Source: Elsinoe ampelina (taxonomy: Eukaryota). Taken from it: 64,000 nt of DNA. Position 1 is the first letter of the stretch; each line of letters begins with the position of its first letter. The notes under the pieces were generated by a model. It saw nothing but the letters and a program-made list of their open reading frames with translations, had not been told where the DNA came from and searched no databases. Where the stretch lies: the NCBI GenBank assembly GCA_010093995.1, contig ML992501.1, positions 1,080,632-1,144,631 on the forward strand, in the 5' to 3' direction. Below, piece by piece: positions 1-12,092 of this stretch. The position numbers were made by a program, and so were the translations under genes.

Positions 1-1445
1 GTCATGTACCTCGGGTCTTTCGACGTCTGTGCAGCTCCTGGCGAGAAAGTCGGCAGCGCGTTGATGTCCGGGATCATCTCTCCAGACTTTTTGCTTCCCA
101 TAAACCGTCCTTGGGGAGCCCCGTTGTAGCCATTTCCATCCTGGAGGTTCCCTTGAGACCGCTGGTTGTTCAACTTTCTCCTCTTCGCAGCAGCCTCTTT
201 CCTGTCAGAGACCTCCTTGCGTTTCTGGAAAATACCAGCTTCTCTCCTGGCGAGACCATCTAGAATGATCTGGGTTCGTGCAAGATCCACATTGCCATCC
301 TTGGTGACGTAACCGCCCATGACTGGGAAACTCTCTCTCCAGATTTGTGTCAGAAGGTCGATACCCTCATCCCTAATCTCGAGGGAAGGAAAGTGAGGAA
401 GGAAATCGTTTCCGACAAAGAAACACATGAATACCCAGTCGTCTAGAGCGCGCTCGAGATCAAAGTTGTACTGCCCCGGCACAGACATCTCGACTGCAAG
501 ATACTCACGCAAGACGTTGACATGAAGCCAAATGAAATCTTTGAGCGGAGGTGCATCTTCCTTCTCACCAAACTCACCCTTCTTCTCGGCCGGCTTGCCT
601 CGACATTCGGCAGCCATATGACCTGGTTGATTGCAAATGCGACAGTGACCAGGTTTGGTATCTTGACCAAACACGTCTTCTCGAAGAACGCGGAAGTAAG
701 GTTCATGAGTAGCAAGGCCAAGCATGATGAGATCAGCATCGAGCCCGTAGATGACATGACGAGTATTGGGATCATGTGTGGGTGAGCTTCGTTGAGAGCG
801 GACAAATTGCATGATCTTGTGTTCACCCTCACCAGGGACGGTTGCGTCGGAGATGATGACTTTCAGGTTTCTCCAGGCAGGATCGGTGTTGAGCTTGTAA
901 GAGCACCAGTATCGTAAGCTCTTTGCAAGAATGTCCATAAATGGGGTGCCGGGTGTGATGGCGTTGCTGTCCCAGGTCTTCTTCTGAGCTCCACCCTCAT
1001 CATCTTCCGGCTCCTTGCCCGAAGCTCTGAGCATTCTATAGAACTCTGCCTTGTCCTCATCCTTCTGTTTCGCTTCTTGGGCGGACCGGAATCGACGTGA
1101 TCGCTGCTGGTTCATCTTCGCACGGGGAGCGACACCATCGACCGCAATCATCAGAAGCTTTCTCGGCCGAACCATCTTCATGATCCTGTCGGTGTATTCG
1201 AAGATGGCAATCATCATCTCAGTCTCGTTGGCAGGAGGGGGCCGATCTTCTGGATGCGAGCACGGGTGAACGATACCGTTCATGTCGAGGTAGAGATTGT
1301 CGAACTCCTCGCCATTGGGGTTCGGCTTTGTGGCATCGCAAGGTATATGTGTGCCATCAACATCTTGCCCCTTATCCTCGATCACCTTGGAGATGATCTT
1401 TGGATATTTCGTCGAGAGCCAGCGGAAAAGAGCTGGAACACCCAT
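1..1445 (-). CDS. RAT1: Nuclear 5'-3' exoribonuclease Rat1/Xrn2 (Dhp1), N-terminal part; continues past the left edge
   Basis: Minus-strand translation from ATG 1445 gives [70 protein letters not shown], a CCHC knuckle ([14 protein letters not shown]) and [10 protein letters not shown]. It is missing from the ORF track because no stop lies in the window. Confidence 0.96.
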   Translation of the reverse strand, partial: MGVPALFRWLSTKYPKIISKVIEDKGQDVDGTHIPCDATKPNPNGEEFDNLYLDMNGIVHPCSHPEDRPPPANETEMMIAIFEYTDRIMKMVRPRKLLMIAVDGVAPRAKMNQQRSRRFRSAQEAKQKDEDKAEFYRMLRASGKEPEDDEGGAQKKTWDSNAITPGTPFMDILAKSLRYWCSYKLNTDPAWRNLKVIISDATVPGEGEHKIMQFVRSQRSSPTHDPNTRHVIYGLDADLIMLGLATHEPYFRVLREDVFGQDTKPGHCRICNQPGHMAAECRGKPAEKKGEFGEKEDAPPLKDFIWLHVNVLREYLAVEMSVPGQYNFDLERALDDWVFMCFFVGNDFLPHFPSLEIRDEGIDLLTQIWRESFPVMGGYVTKDGNVDLARTQIILDGLARREAGIFQKRKEVSDRKEAAAKRRKLNNQRSQGNLQDGNGYNGAPQGRFMGSKKSGEMIPDINALPTFSPGAAQTSKDPRYM

Positions 1446-1908
1446 GCCGAGCGAGGTGCCTTCGAAAGGTCAGGCCCAAGGGTCGAGTATGGCCTCTGGA
1501 ATGCGCAACGGCTTCCGCGTCGCGAAAATACCGGTACCTCTGCTCTCGCGGAACGGAGATAGCTTGAATGATCCTACAGGCGCCGAGTCACAGGTCGAGA
1601 TGTGAGAAAGTGAGGTTGTGAGATGAGACCGGGAGCAGAACCTGCGGAGAAGCAATTGTCAGGGTTCTGCGGCTCTGCGGCTTTGCCCGTGTCTGCAGCT
1701 CGCGCGAAAGTCTATTTCGTGTTTGAGGAGATCGATGCAACAAGCTGGCATCATCCTCGAATAATTTCTTGCGCACGGTCATCTTCTCACCACGAACTCC
1801 AGGATCGTGCCAACACGCTGACATGGTCGCATCAATACCGCCGTCGATACTTTGAGGACGACTCGGCCGGATATTTTCGCATGCGTTTGATACAGCCCAA
1901 TTGCAGGC

Positions 1909-4900
1909 ATGCTCAAAGCTCCGCAATTGCAGAATGCAACTGACACGATCAATACCCTTTCGTCAAGGCTGACGTCGGCGACATTGCTCGAAGACAAGAG
2001 AGCCGCCATCCTAGGTCTTCGATCGTTCGCGAAAGGATACCCAGCATCAGTCGCGAGTGGCTCACTGCGTGATCTAATCACTTGCTTACGGGACCATGGA
2101 GCTGGACTCGGCAAAGATGGAGAGGGGGATGTGGACACAGTGCGGTCCGTATTGGAGACCCTTCTCATGCTCTTCAATCCAGATCGAGACAGCCCCGAAG
2201 CAAGCGAGGACATTGCGCTGTGGTTAGCGGACGAGTTCAGCCAGGTAGGCATACAAAGAACATATGGGAGCCATTGACTGAGCTAAGAACAGCGGCAAGA
2301 TAACATCACCATTCTACTTGACCTTCTCGAAGTCCCAGACTACTATGCGCGTATCTATTCGGTCCAGCTCTTGACATCCATATCCAGTGCGCGACCGGAG
2401 AGAACCCAGCAATGCATATTATCAGCTCCACTAGGGACTGCGAGGCTGGTCGGTGTCTTGGACGATGGGCGCGAGGCAGTACGAGACGGTGTGTCATATA
2501 TACAGGATATACGGATTTGTACTAATGTGTCCAGCCGCTTTGCTCTTACTGGTCGATCTGACGAGTGTATCTCAAACCGACCTGCAAAAGTTGATTGCCT
2601 TCGAGGATGTCTTTTTACGAATTTTCAAGCTCATGGACTCGGAAGGGGGCATCGCCGAGGGTGGCATTGTAATACAGGACTGCTTGTCGTTACTGGCAAA
2701 TCTCATACGGCATAGTTCCTCGAATCAATCACTCTTTCGAGAGACCGGCTGTCTTCCTCGTCTGCACGATGCGATCCGACAGGTAGGTATCTGGGATCAA
2801 GAAGAGAACGAGTTCAGCCGGGGAAACAGAGAGAAGAATGTTTGGGGCCTGTTGGCTGTGACCAGGCTGTTTCTGGAGCGTGGAGAGCTCGGAACGAAAA
2901 CAAACCAAGATGCCTTCTGGAAAGCTGGCATTGTACAACTGGTTCTGGACCTGGCATTCAATCTGTCGGCTACCCTCCCTGTACGCTCAAGCGCACTCAG
3001 AACATGCGCCGATATGATTACCTCAAACCCACCAATTCAAGAGTCTTTTGCCTCGCTCCTTGTAGCTACTGGTCCTTCATCTCCTCACCTGACTAATGGC
3101 GCAGCGAAGAAGAGAGAAGTGCAACGGGCATACGTCATTGAAGCGCTTCTGATACTCATGCTCGGCGCATCACCTGTCGACCAGATTGATCTGAGGTTCT
3201 CTGCATCCGTCCTCATCAAGGCATACTGCCTCGGCCACCAGCGGATACGATTGCATTTCCTTCAGCGAGCTATAGCAGGGTTTGTGGATGGCGAAGACGA
3301 GTCAACCAATATTCTCAGTACACTCATGGCCAGTCCACAAGGAGCTGCACAAACTGATCCACTTCGGGTCGTGCTGGCTGCCGATATTCTGTCCCAGCTC
3401 CTGGCCGATGATGAGGAAGCCAAGGCGACACTTCAAGCTGTATCAGAAGGAAACGCCGAGAAAGGCGAGGACGTGGTCACGGCCGTACAAACACTTTCTG
3501 GACATCTCACCTCGAGCTTACAGAACGACGCCGATCCACGGGTCTCGATCGCATATCTCACCCTTTTGACCACGGCATTCTTCGATTCACAACTCATGAT
3601 CAACGACTGTCTGGCAGAGGGTTCATCTTTGCTCGGTGTTCTTATTGATACTGCCGCCAAATGCAAAGACTCACAGGTGACTAGCGACGAGGTAAAGTCC
3701 CTTCTACCTGGTCTGTGTTCTTTCCTCTTGGGTACGATATACGAGTTCAGCACGAAAGATAGTCCAATACCAAGGAGAACACTGCAACCATTGCTTTTGA
3801 ACAAGCTAGGCCGCCAACGATACTTCGAAGCGCTGAAGCAGTTGAGGCAACACCCATTCATCCGGGACTCCGAGATTTCCGGCCAAGAAGGCGGTATGTT
3901 TGGTCAAGGACAGGTCCTCTTCGATCCCACATTTGTCGAACTGTTCAAGGAAGAATATGGTCGACTGCGACGTGCGATCGACAAGGATCCTGGGATTGAG
4001 GTGGTGAGCCGGGGAGATGGTGGTGTTGACCGAGACATTCTAGACGAGCTGCGAGGTCAAATAGCCTCGAAAGAAGAGGCTATTCAGCAACTGGAACAGG
4101 GTAGTCTCATGCTCAAGCAGGATTCGGATCAAGCTGCTGCAGATCACAGAAAGGAACTCCAAAGCTTACAGGCATCGCAACGTTCAATGGAGGCCGAACT
4201 GGATCGCATCAAGAAGGTCAACGAGACCTTGCAACGAGAACACGAAGCCGAGGTCAGCAAATTGAGAGAAGATATGAGTCATGAGGTGGAGAGACTCCAG
4301 AATCATGCAAAGTCCGCAACAGAGAATGCAAAGATCCAGCACGAGCGAGAGATGGATCGCCTCAAAGGCCAGCATGGAGCAAGCCTAGCAAGTGAAAGGT
4401 CTTTGTGGGAGGACAAAATCCGAAGAGCTTCCGATCAGGGTATGCAAGAAGCGAAGAAGAAAGTCGATGAACTCCATGGACTGTTACAGCAACGTGACGG
4501 CGAATTGGTGGTTACCAGGCAGGATCTCAAGAATGTCAAGGCCGAGCTCGACAAGATCAAAGATGCACTGGAGACACAAACCAAGAGTTCTCAGCAAGCA
4601 GACGAGGAGTTGAAAAAAATCAAAGAGATGCAGAGCAACTTGCAACAGCTGAACGTAAAGGCTATGGCAAGGGTTAAATCTCTCGAGGAGGAAAACAAGA
4701 GGGCAGAGACAAGGCACACCGACCTCTCCGAGTCACAAGATAAGATCACTGCAGAAAGAGATGATCTCCAAAGCCAACTGAAAGAGCTCAAGGACGAAAT
4801 TGACGGCCTCAAGCTTGAGCTCAAGACCGAGCGGAAAGGATACGCCGACCTCGAAGCAGAATTAGAAAAGGCGAAGAAAACAGCAGCGGCGCCCAAAGTC

Positions 4901-5155
4901 GATGACAAGAAGGTCAAGGAGCTCGAGGGCGAGATCGAGAAGCACAAAAAGGCAGTCAATGAACAGACCGAAGAGGCCAAAAAGGCTCGTAGCGAGCTCG
5001 ATGACATGTTGATGGTCATGGCCGACATTGAGGCAAAACGGGACGAATATAGGGATCGTCTGAAGCGGGCAGGGGAGCATGTGAGTGAGGACGAGGATGA
5101 AGATGAAGCCGATGATGACGAGAATGAAGAGGACGAGGAGGAGGATGTAGACTAA
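1909..5155 (+). CDS. USO1: Uso1/p115 vesicle-tethering protein (armadillo head, coiled coil, acidic tail); introns 2245-2292 and 2489-2534
   Basis: ATDTINTLSSRLTSATLLEDKRAAILGLRSF head, LQKLIAFE, long heptad region, ELDDMLMVMADIE and an acidic C-terminus. GT..CTAA..AG introns join ORFs 1909, 2371 and 2453. The exact start is uncertain. Confidence 0.93.
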
Positions 5156-5398
5156 ATGCCTGGACAATCTCATGATACCCCTGACTCCCTGTCTTTGCTA
5201 CTCGAGTAAAATACACCCAAACACTGCGTCGGAGTTTTCGCAGTCCACACCCCGACGTTTCACCGCTTGCGGCAGAATGTTTCTACCACGAAATTGGCTT
5301 CATCCCACCTTTCGTGAGTCAAGGCGGATGAGTAATTGCGTCGCAACACGAATACCCTCCTACACTCGTTTGACTCTTCTCCGAGCTCAGCAGAAGTC

Positions 5399-8300
5399 AT
5401 GAGCATAAGTTTCCCAAAGGAGGAGGAGCGCATCCTCGCGCAATGGAACGAGATCAACGCATTTCACCGCCAACTCGAACTCTCCACATCCCGCAAACCA
5501 TACACATTCTACGATGGTCCACCTTTCGCGACCGGCACGCCTCACTATGGGCACTTGCTCGCCTCAACTATTAAAGACATCATACCTCGGTACTGGTCTA
5601 TGAAAGGTCACCATGTGGAGCGGCGATTTGGCTGGGACACTCACGGCGTACCAATCGAGCAGATCATAGACAACCAATTACAGCAAGAGCTCGGAGTGCG
5701 GGGTCGAGCAGCGGTCGAGAAGGTCGGTATAGCCGAATACAACAGGCGATGTCGGGAAGTGGTACTCACATACGCGGGAGAGTGGAGGAGGGTCATCGGG
5801 CGATTGGGGAGATGGATAGACTTCGACAACGACTACAAGACTATGGACTGCACTTTCATGGAGAGCTGCTGGTGGGTGTTCAAGCAGCTTTGGGAGAAGG
5901 AGCTGGTGTACCACGGGGCCAAAGTGTTGCCATACTCGACCGCGCTGAATACCCCGCTGAGCAAGAGTGAAGCACAAGAGGACTACAGGGACGTGCAGGA
6001 TCCAGCGGTAGTGGTGGCATTCCCGCTGGTGGACGATCCGGAGACATCGTTTCTGGCCTGGACGACGACACCGTGGACTTTACCTTCAAATGTCGGACTT
6101 TGCACACATCCGGAATTCGAGTACCTCAAGATCAAGGACGAAGAGAGTGGGAAGCAATACTACCTAGTGGAGGCTGGTCTGAAAGTGCTGTACAAAGACC
6201 CGAAGAAGGCGAAATTCAAGATTCTGGAGAAGACCAAAGGAAAGGACTTGCTGGGCAAAAAATACATTCCGCCATTCGACTACTTCTACGAGGAATTCAA
6301 GGAGGTCGGATTCAGGATGCTCAACGACGAGTATGTATCCGACAGCGAAGGCGTGGGTATCGTCCACCAGTCGCCGGCGTTTGGTGAGGACGATTACAAC
6401 ATTGCTTGGAAGGCCGGAGTCATCAACGAGTCAAGAGCACCGCCAAATCCACTGGACGCTGGAGGAAATTTCGTATTACCCGTCAAAGACTTTTTGGGCG
6501 AGCATGTCAAGGCTGCTGACAAGAATATCATGAAGTACTTGGAGAAGGCAGGAAAGCTGGTCAAGAAAGGTCAGATTACTCACAGATATCCACATTGTCC
6601 ACGATCGAAAACGCCTCTCATCCAGCGCGCTGTGCCGTCCTGGTTCATCAAGGTCGAAGGGATGGTTCCGCAATTATTGAAGAATCTGGAGAAGACGCAC
6701 TGGGTGCCATCTGGAGTCAAGGACGGACGCTTCTACAATTGGCTGGAGTCGGCCAGGGACTGGAATGTATCGCGAAATCGGTACTGGGGAACACCCATCC
6801 CTCTCTGGGTCAGCGACGATTTCAAGGAAATTGTTTGCGTTGGCAGTGTGGCGGAGTTGAAAGAGCTCACCGGGTATCAAGGCGAAATTACAGATCTTCA
6901 TCGGGACAAGGTCGACGGGCTCACCATCCCCAGCAAGCAAGGCAAAGGGACGCTCCGGCGTATCGAAGAGGTCTTTGACTGCTGGTTTGAGTCTGGAAGC
7001 ATGCCATACGCCTCGCAACATTATCCCTTTGAGAACAAGGACAACTTCTTCGACAAGTACCCAGGCGACTTTATTGCAGAAGGCCTGGATCAGACTCGTG
7101 GCTGGTTTTATACAATGTCGGTGCTTGGAACTGCTCTTTTTGACACATTCCCGTACAAGAATTGTGTGGTGAACGGCATCGTCCTTGCAGAAGATGGCAA
7201 GAAGATGTCGAAATCGCTCAAGAACTACCCCGACCCCAACCTCGTCATGGACAAGTACGGATCAGATCCTCTCCGCTTGTACATGATCAATTCTCCTGTC
7301 GTCCGCGCCGAACCTCTCCGCTTCAAGGAAGATGGCGTCAAGCAGATTGTCTCCTCTGTCATCCTCCCTCTCTGGAATTCATACAACTTCTTCGACCAGC
7401 AAGTGACCCTCCTCAAAAAGACCGAGAACCAAGACTTTAAATGGGATCCCGCAGCCGAAGCCAAAAACACCAATGTTATGGACCGCTGGATCCTCGCATC
7501 ATGCCAATCCCTCCTCGCCTTTGTCAACACCGAAATGGCCGCGTACCGCCTGTACACGGTCGTCCCACGCCTCCTCAGCCTCATCGACAACACCACAAAC
7601 TGGTACATCCGCTTCAACCGACGCCGCCTCAAAGGCGAGTTCGGCACATCCGACACCCTCCACAGCCTCAACACGCTCTTCGAAGTCCTCTACACACTCG
7701 TCCGCGGTCTCGCCCCCTTCACCCCCTTCATCGCCGACAACATCTTCCTCCGCCTCGTCCCCTTCATCCCCACCTCCCACCACGAACAAGACATGCGCTC
7801 CGTCCACTTCCTCTCCTACCCCACGGTGCGCACCGAACTCGACTCCCCCGAGACCGAACGCCGCGTGGCGCGAATGCAACGCGTCATCGAACTCGGCCGG
7901 CTCGCGCGCGACCGGCGCACCATCAGTCTCAAAACGCCGCTGAAAACGCTCGTCGTGATCCACCCGTCGGGAGAATTCCTTTCCGACGTCAAGAGTCTAG
8001 AGACGTACATCTCGGACGAGCTCAACGTGCGCGACGTGGTGCTGACCTCGGACGACGCCAAATACAACGTCAAGTACACGGTGCAGGCGGACTTCAAGTC
8101 GCTCGGGCAGAAATACAAAAAGGACGCGGTGGGCATCAAGAAGGCTCTGCCTGGGCTCACGGAGGCGGAGATCAAGGGATTTGTCTCCTCCGGCAGCATC
8201 ACGGTGCAGGGCAAGGTTCTCGGGGTCGAAGACCTCCGTGTTTCCCGGGAGGTGGTCAGGTCCCCTGAGACGAGGGACTTGGAGGCCGCGACGGAGGGGG

Positions 8301-8617
8301 AGATGATGGTCCTGCTCGATTGCGGCGTGTATGAGGAGCTCCAGCGTGAGGGACTGGCGAGGGAGTTGGTGAATCGGGTGCAGCGGTTGCGGAAGAAGGT
8401 GGGGTTGGTGCCGACGGATGATGTGAGGGTTGTGTTGGGGGTGGAGAAGGGGGATGGGGGTGAGGTGGAGGGGGTGGTGCGGGAGTATGAGGGGATGTTT
8501 GGGAAAGCAGGGCGGGAGGTGGTGGTTGGAGGGGAGAAGGGGGAGGGGGAAGTGGTGGCGGAGGAGGAGGCGGAGGTGAGGGAGCTGGTTGTTAGGGTTA
8601 GACTTGTGAAGATCTAG
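5399..8617 (+). CDS. ILS1: Cytoplasmic isoleucyl-tRNA synthetase (intronless)
   Basis: FYDGPPFATGTPHYGH (HIGH), WTTTPWTLP editing domain, DWNVSRNRYWGTP, EGLDQTRGWFY, KMSKS. ATG 5399 (MSISFPKEEE) resembles known eukaryotic IleRS starts. Confidence 0.98.
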   Translation: MSISFPKEEERILAQWNEINAFHRQLELSTSRKPYTFYDGPPFATGTPHYGHLLASTIKDIIPRYWSMKGHHVERRFGWDTHGVPIEQIIDNQLQQELGVRGRAAVEKVGIAEYNRRCREVVLTYAGEWRRVIGRLGRWIDFDNDYKTMDCTFMESCWWVFKQLWEKELVYHGAKVLPYSTALNTPLSKSEAQEDYRDVQDPAVVVAFPLVDDPETSFLAWTTTPWTLPSNVGLCTHPEFEYLKIKDEESGKQYYLVEAGLKVLYKDPKKAKFKILEKTKGKDLLGKKYIPPFDYFYEEFKEVGFRMLNDEYVSDSEGVGIVHQSPAFGEDDYNIAWKAGVINESRAPPNPLDAGGNFVLPVKDFLGEHVKAADKNIMKYLEKAGKLVKKGQITHRYPHCPRSKTPLIQRAVPSWFIKVEGMVPQLLKNLEKTHWVPSGVKDGRFYNWLESARDWNVSRNRYWGTPIPLWVSDDFKEIVCVGSVAELKELTGYQGEITDLHRDKVDGLTIPSKQGKGTLRRIEEVFDCWFESGSMPYASQHYPFENKDNFFDKYPGDFIAEGLDQTRGWFYTMSVLGTALFDTFPYKNCVVNGIVLAEDGKKMSKSLKNYPDPNLVMDKYGSDPLRLYMINSPVVRAEPLRFKEDGVKQIVSSVILPLWNSYNFFDQQVTLLKKTENQDFKWDPAAEAKNTNVMDRWILASCQSLLAFVNTEMAAYRLYTVVPRLLSLIDNTTNWYIRFNRRRLKGEFGTSDTLHSLNTLFEVLYTLVRGLAPFTPFIADNIFLRLVPFIPTSHHEQDMRSVHFLSYPTVRTELDSPETERRVARMQRVIELGRLARDRRTISLKTPLKTLVVIHPSGEFLSDVKSLETYISDELNVRDVVLTSDDAKYNVKYTVQADFKSLGQKYKKDAVGIKKALPGLTEAEIKGFVSSGSITVQGKVLGVEDLRVSREVVRSPETRDLEAATEGEMMVLLDCGVYEELQREGLARELVNRVQRLRKKVGLVPTDDVRVVLGVEKGDGGEVEGVVREYEGMFGKAGREVVVGGEKGEGEVVAEEEAEVRELVVRVRLVKI

Positions 8618-9237
8618 AGGGGAGGTAGAGGCAGTGTCAAAGTCAATGCATGAATGAGCAGGTTTTCTGGTCAAAGTTCTGTGCATTCCGTTTGGTCTAT
8701 CGGTCTGATGGTACAGGTACGGTGCTCAAGATGTACTTTGCTCTAGAGCGTTAGATGAAGGTAGAGGTTGCGGAGTATAGGTTGAGGTAGATATGTCGTC
8801 ACTGTGTCTTGGTTGGGAAGTCTCCTCAGGGGACAAGCTCAAGCTTAAGCTTCAAGTCGGCTAATTGGCTTTTGCGCCACCAGTCTCCTGATTCTGATAT
8901 GTGGACGTCGAATACGGCTGATGTGACGGTATAAGAGATGGTAAGAGGTGATCAAGATTCGAGGTCGATGTAAGGATAAAGCATTTGTACTCGAGTCTCG
9001 CTCGGCAATATTCAGGGTATGGTCGAGTATATGACGGTGAAGGAAAAGGAGGAAAAGGTCATTAGGTCGTTGAAGCGAATTGTTCCCAGGGTGTAAATCG
9101 ACGAATGGCCAGCAGATCGAGGATTGATGGCGCCATGTGATGTATCGCCCACAAAAAGATGAAGCGCCGCCGCGATGCCCGCTCGTATGGTGGTGTAAAT
9201 GACAGAGATATACAAAGAGATGGTGATGAGGCGAACG

Positions 9238-10255
9238 CTATCGCTCAATGTCGAGGATGCGTCGAATGACGTCCATTTCTGCGTGCCCTCGATAATTGCG
9301 CATCCGGTGGCACCAGACGACTTGGCCTTCTTGAAAGAGAAATTCGCCGCCGATTTGGAACAGGTTGCCGCCCATGAAGCGTTTCTTGCCCTTTACATGG
9401 GCGACTTCCTTGACTTGTCCGTTCGCCCAGTCGAGCACATTGACGTCCTTCATGTATTCAGGGCGCTTGGGACCTAGCATGTTCCATGTGATTCCCATAC
9501 CTAGCGTCTTGAAGATTTGACGGTCCGGATCTGCGAAGATTGGGAAAGGACATTGGGTTGTGGCCTTGTATTGTCGGATGAGTTCTGGTTTCCCACATCC
9601 GATGACCACGATTGATGTCGGTACTGGCATGGTAAAGTATGTCTGTGCATTGATGGTGTTGATCAAAGCGCGAATGTACGCTTTACAGGCCTGGAATGTG
9701 TTTAGTAATGAAGCATGCGCTAGGGCTGTGTGACCTTACTCCGCAATAAAAGTGTCGTATGAAAATGATCAATTGCCTGTCACCGACCACGTCTCCTAAC
9801 GAGTACAGACTCTTGAATGGTCTCGAGTTGCCAGCAGCATCGTAGACGGGAATTTCTCCGGCGCTCTGCAAGGCTTCTCTTGAGGGTGGGTCGTCGGAGA
9901 TATCGAGTTGACCATCAAATTGCGCAAACCAATCGTTGGTGTCGAATTGACAAGAGTCGTCGAAGGAGGTGTTGTGAGTGATGACGCTGTCATTCCCATG
10001 GATCGAAGGAGGTGTGGGAGGCTTGCTATCCTCGTCGACAAACCAGGAAGTCTCATATGACGTTTCGAAAGAGGTGTGGGATGACCGTTGCGACGGGGGG
10101 GATATTGAAGACACCGGAGGATGTGATGTTGTGGGCGACTCGTTGGCCGATGACGAAGAGCTGGCTATTGTATTGAGATAGGGATAGGAGAATGGGTGTT
10201 CGTCGAACTGATCGAGCCTGATATGCGGTCTGGCAGTGCTGCGCGCTCCCTCCAT
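9238..10255 (-). CDS. AhpC/TSA-2 (peroxiredoxin-like 2, thioredoxin fold) protein with a Ser-rich N-terminal extension; intron 9691-9739
   Basis: Splicing GTAAGG..CTAAAC..CAG creates IIFIRHFYCG|ACKAY (CxxC). Also IVVIGCG, FPIFADPDR and QIGGEFLF..WCHRM. First ATG at 10255. Confidence 0.85.
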
Positions 10256-12092
10256 CTTTGCTCGCGTTCCGGACGGAGGAGGCGCGGGGATATCGATGCG
10301 GTCGGTCAATCAAGGCAAGACAGCCATGCGATGTCTCCAGAAGCAATTGTCGAGGACCGGAAACAGCTGGATAGGTTGATGTCAAGGACGAAGAGCCCTA
10401 GGACGGCAGAGTGGTCGGGCAGGGGTCTGGGGACTTTAGTGGAAAAGTCTATGAGGCGAGGGACGAGGATGAGACGGTACTCTCAGACTCTCAGAGAAGA
10501 CAGCAAGCCTGCAGCGCCCAATCAGCGCATCAGAGACGGACTCGCAATGATCGACGGCTGCTGCGCTCACTAAAGACTGTGACTTACAGTAATTACTCTT
10601 CAGAGCCGGGCTGCAGCTGGAAGCAAAGTCTCTCTCCCTTTCGATGCTGACACGATACAACGCGTCTGCAGCTTCAAGCAATTTATTTTTTCTGATGCTG
10701 ACGACCGTTGCACTCTTCAAGAGCCTCTTCCAAAGGTTCCTTCTGACGACGGCACAAAGGGGAGCCCTCGCAGGTGTCAGAAAAATGCCACACGGCCATA
10801 TCCGCAGCTGAACCAGGATGCAAGCCAAAATGCACAATCCACACATCATCTCACCAAAGTCTCAGGTCCCGACCGGTCCATCCTGCCACTCCTGCCTGTA
10901 ATTACCCGGTCTGTAGTCCCTCGGTCGTGTTCACTCACAGCTGGACGGGTATTCAGATCTCGTTACAGCCTCTTGATCCCGGGACGGGCAAGGCGTGGGA
11001 GAAATCGTGGATGCTGACCGGGAGCTGCACCAGCATCGCGCATTGCCCTGTGCGTCACTGCATCGCGTGGGAGCGTCAATCAACCCTGCCTCGTGCCTGA
11101 GGGTTTGCTCAGGTTCTGGAAGACCAGGGCCAAATGGCAGGAGAGTCCATGCGGCGTCCAGCGCGGTGGGATGGCTGTGCACAAGACGGCCGATCTTTCC
11201 CTCGATTATTGTGCATGCATAAATATAATGTTCAGCCCCGATATCAGTCAGCCATGCTCACAGCTGTCATGCTGCACTTTTGCAAATAATGAGCACGATA
11301 AGTTGGAGCATTTGTCCATGTTATTAACCACAAAGACATTCTCATACGCCGACAGAGCGGACAAGCATATTTTTCCGCGTGCCTGTCACCCTCGGAGCTC
11401 CCTCCACGACACCCGACCATGCCCCGGGGCCGATCCGCCTGTTCCGCGACATCTTGCCCTCCCTCGGCCCCCGTCATCTGCGCACATTTGAGACTGGCAC
11501 ACCACCATGCCCTAACCAGCAACAGCTTCAACAACAAGACAAACACGTGAACCTTCTCCCAGACTGCCCGCTCACCCAACACCACACAGACTGCCCACTG
11601 AAGCTCTCCCCTCCCAACATCCCCAACGCCACTCCCCCCATGACAGTATTCCCACAGCGTCACTGCGCCTCCCCTACCCACATCCCAAACACGAAACCAA
11701 GCTTTTCAGGCCCGCCGTCTCACAATCTCTCAGCTTCTCCCAATCGACCACTCGCAGCCAAGCAGGCCTGTCTTGGGCCGAGCTATCTTTCAGCTGAAGC
11801 TCTCTCGCGCTTTCCATTCGTCTGATTCTCGCCAAACATGGACAGCTTGACGTCTGATCGGGATCTGCTGGGCGTGAGGACTGCATGTCATGGAACGGGC
11901 ATGGTACGGACGTAGCCGTGAGGATCGTGGGAGTGCGTGATGGGGGACTTCCGTTGTTGTCTTCATCGTCGATGCTGCATCTTGTGATTGATCGTGTGTG
12001 CTGTCACGTGCGGTATACAAGCAGGCGAGCTAAGTGACTGTATTATATTTCTTGCGCCGTAACGCCTTGCTAGAACTCGAGTGTACACTGTG

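Noticed and set aside
7441..8686. Overlapping Pro/His/Arg-rich ORFs (7441-8268, 7473-7943, 7499-7963, 7997-8686)
   Set aside because: Shadow frames of ILS1 produced by extreme codon skew; low-complexity translations.
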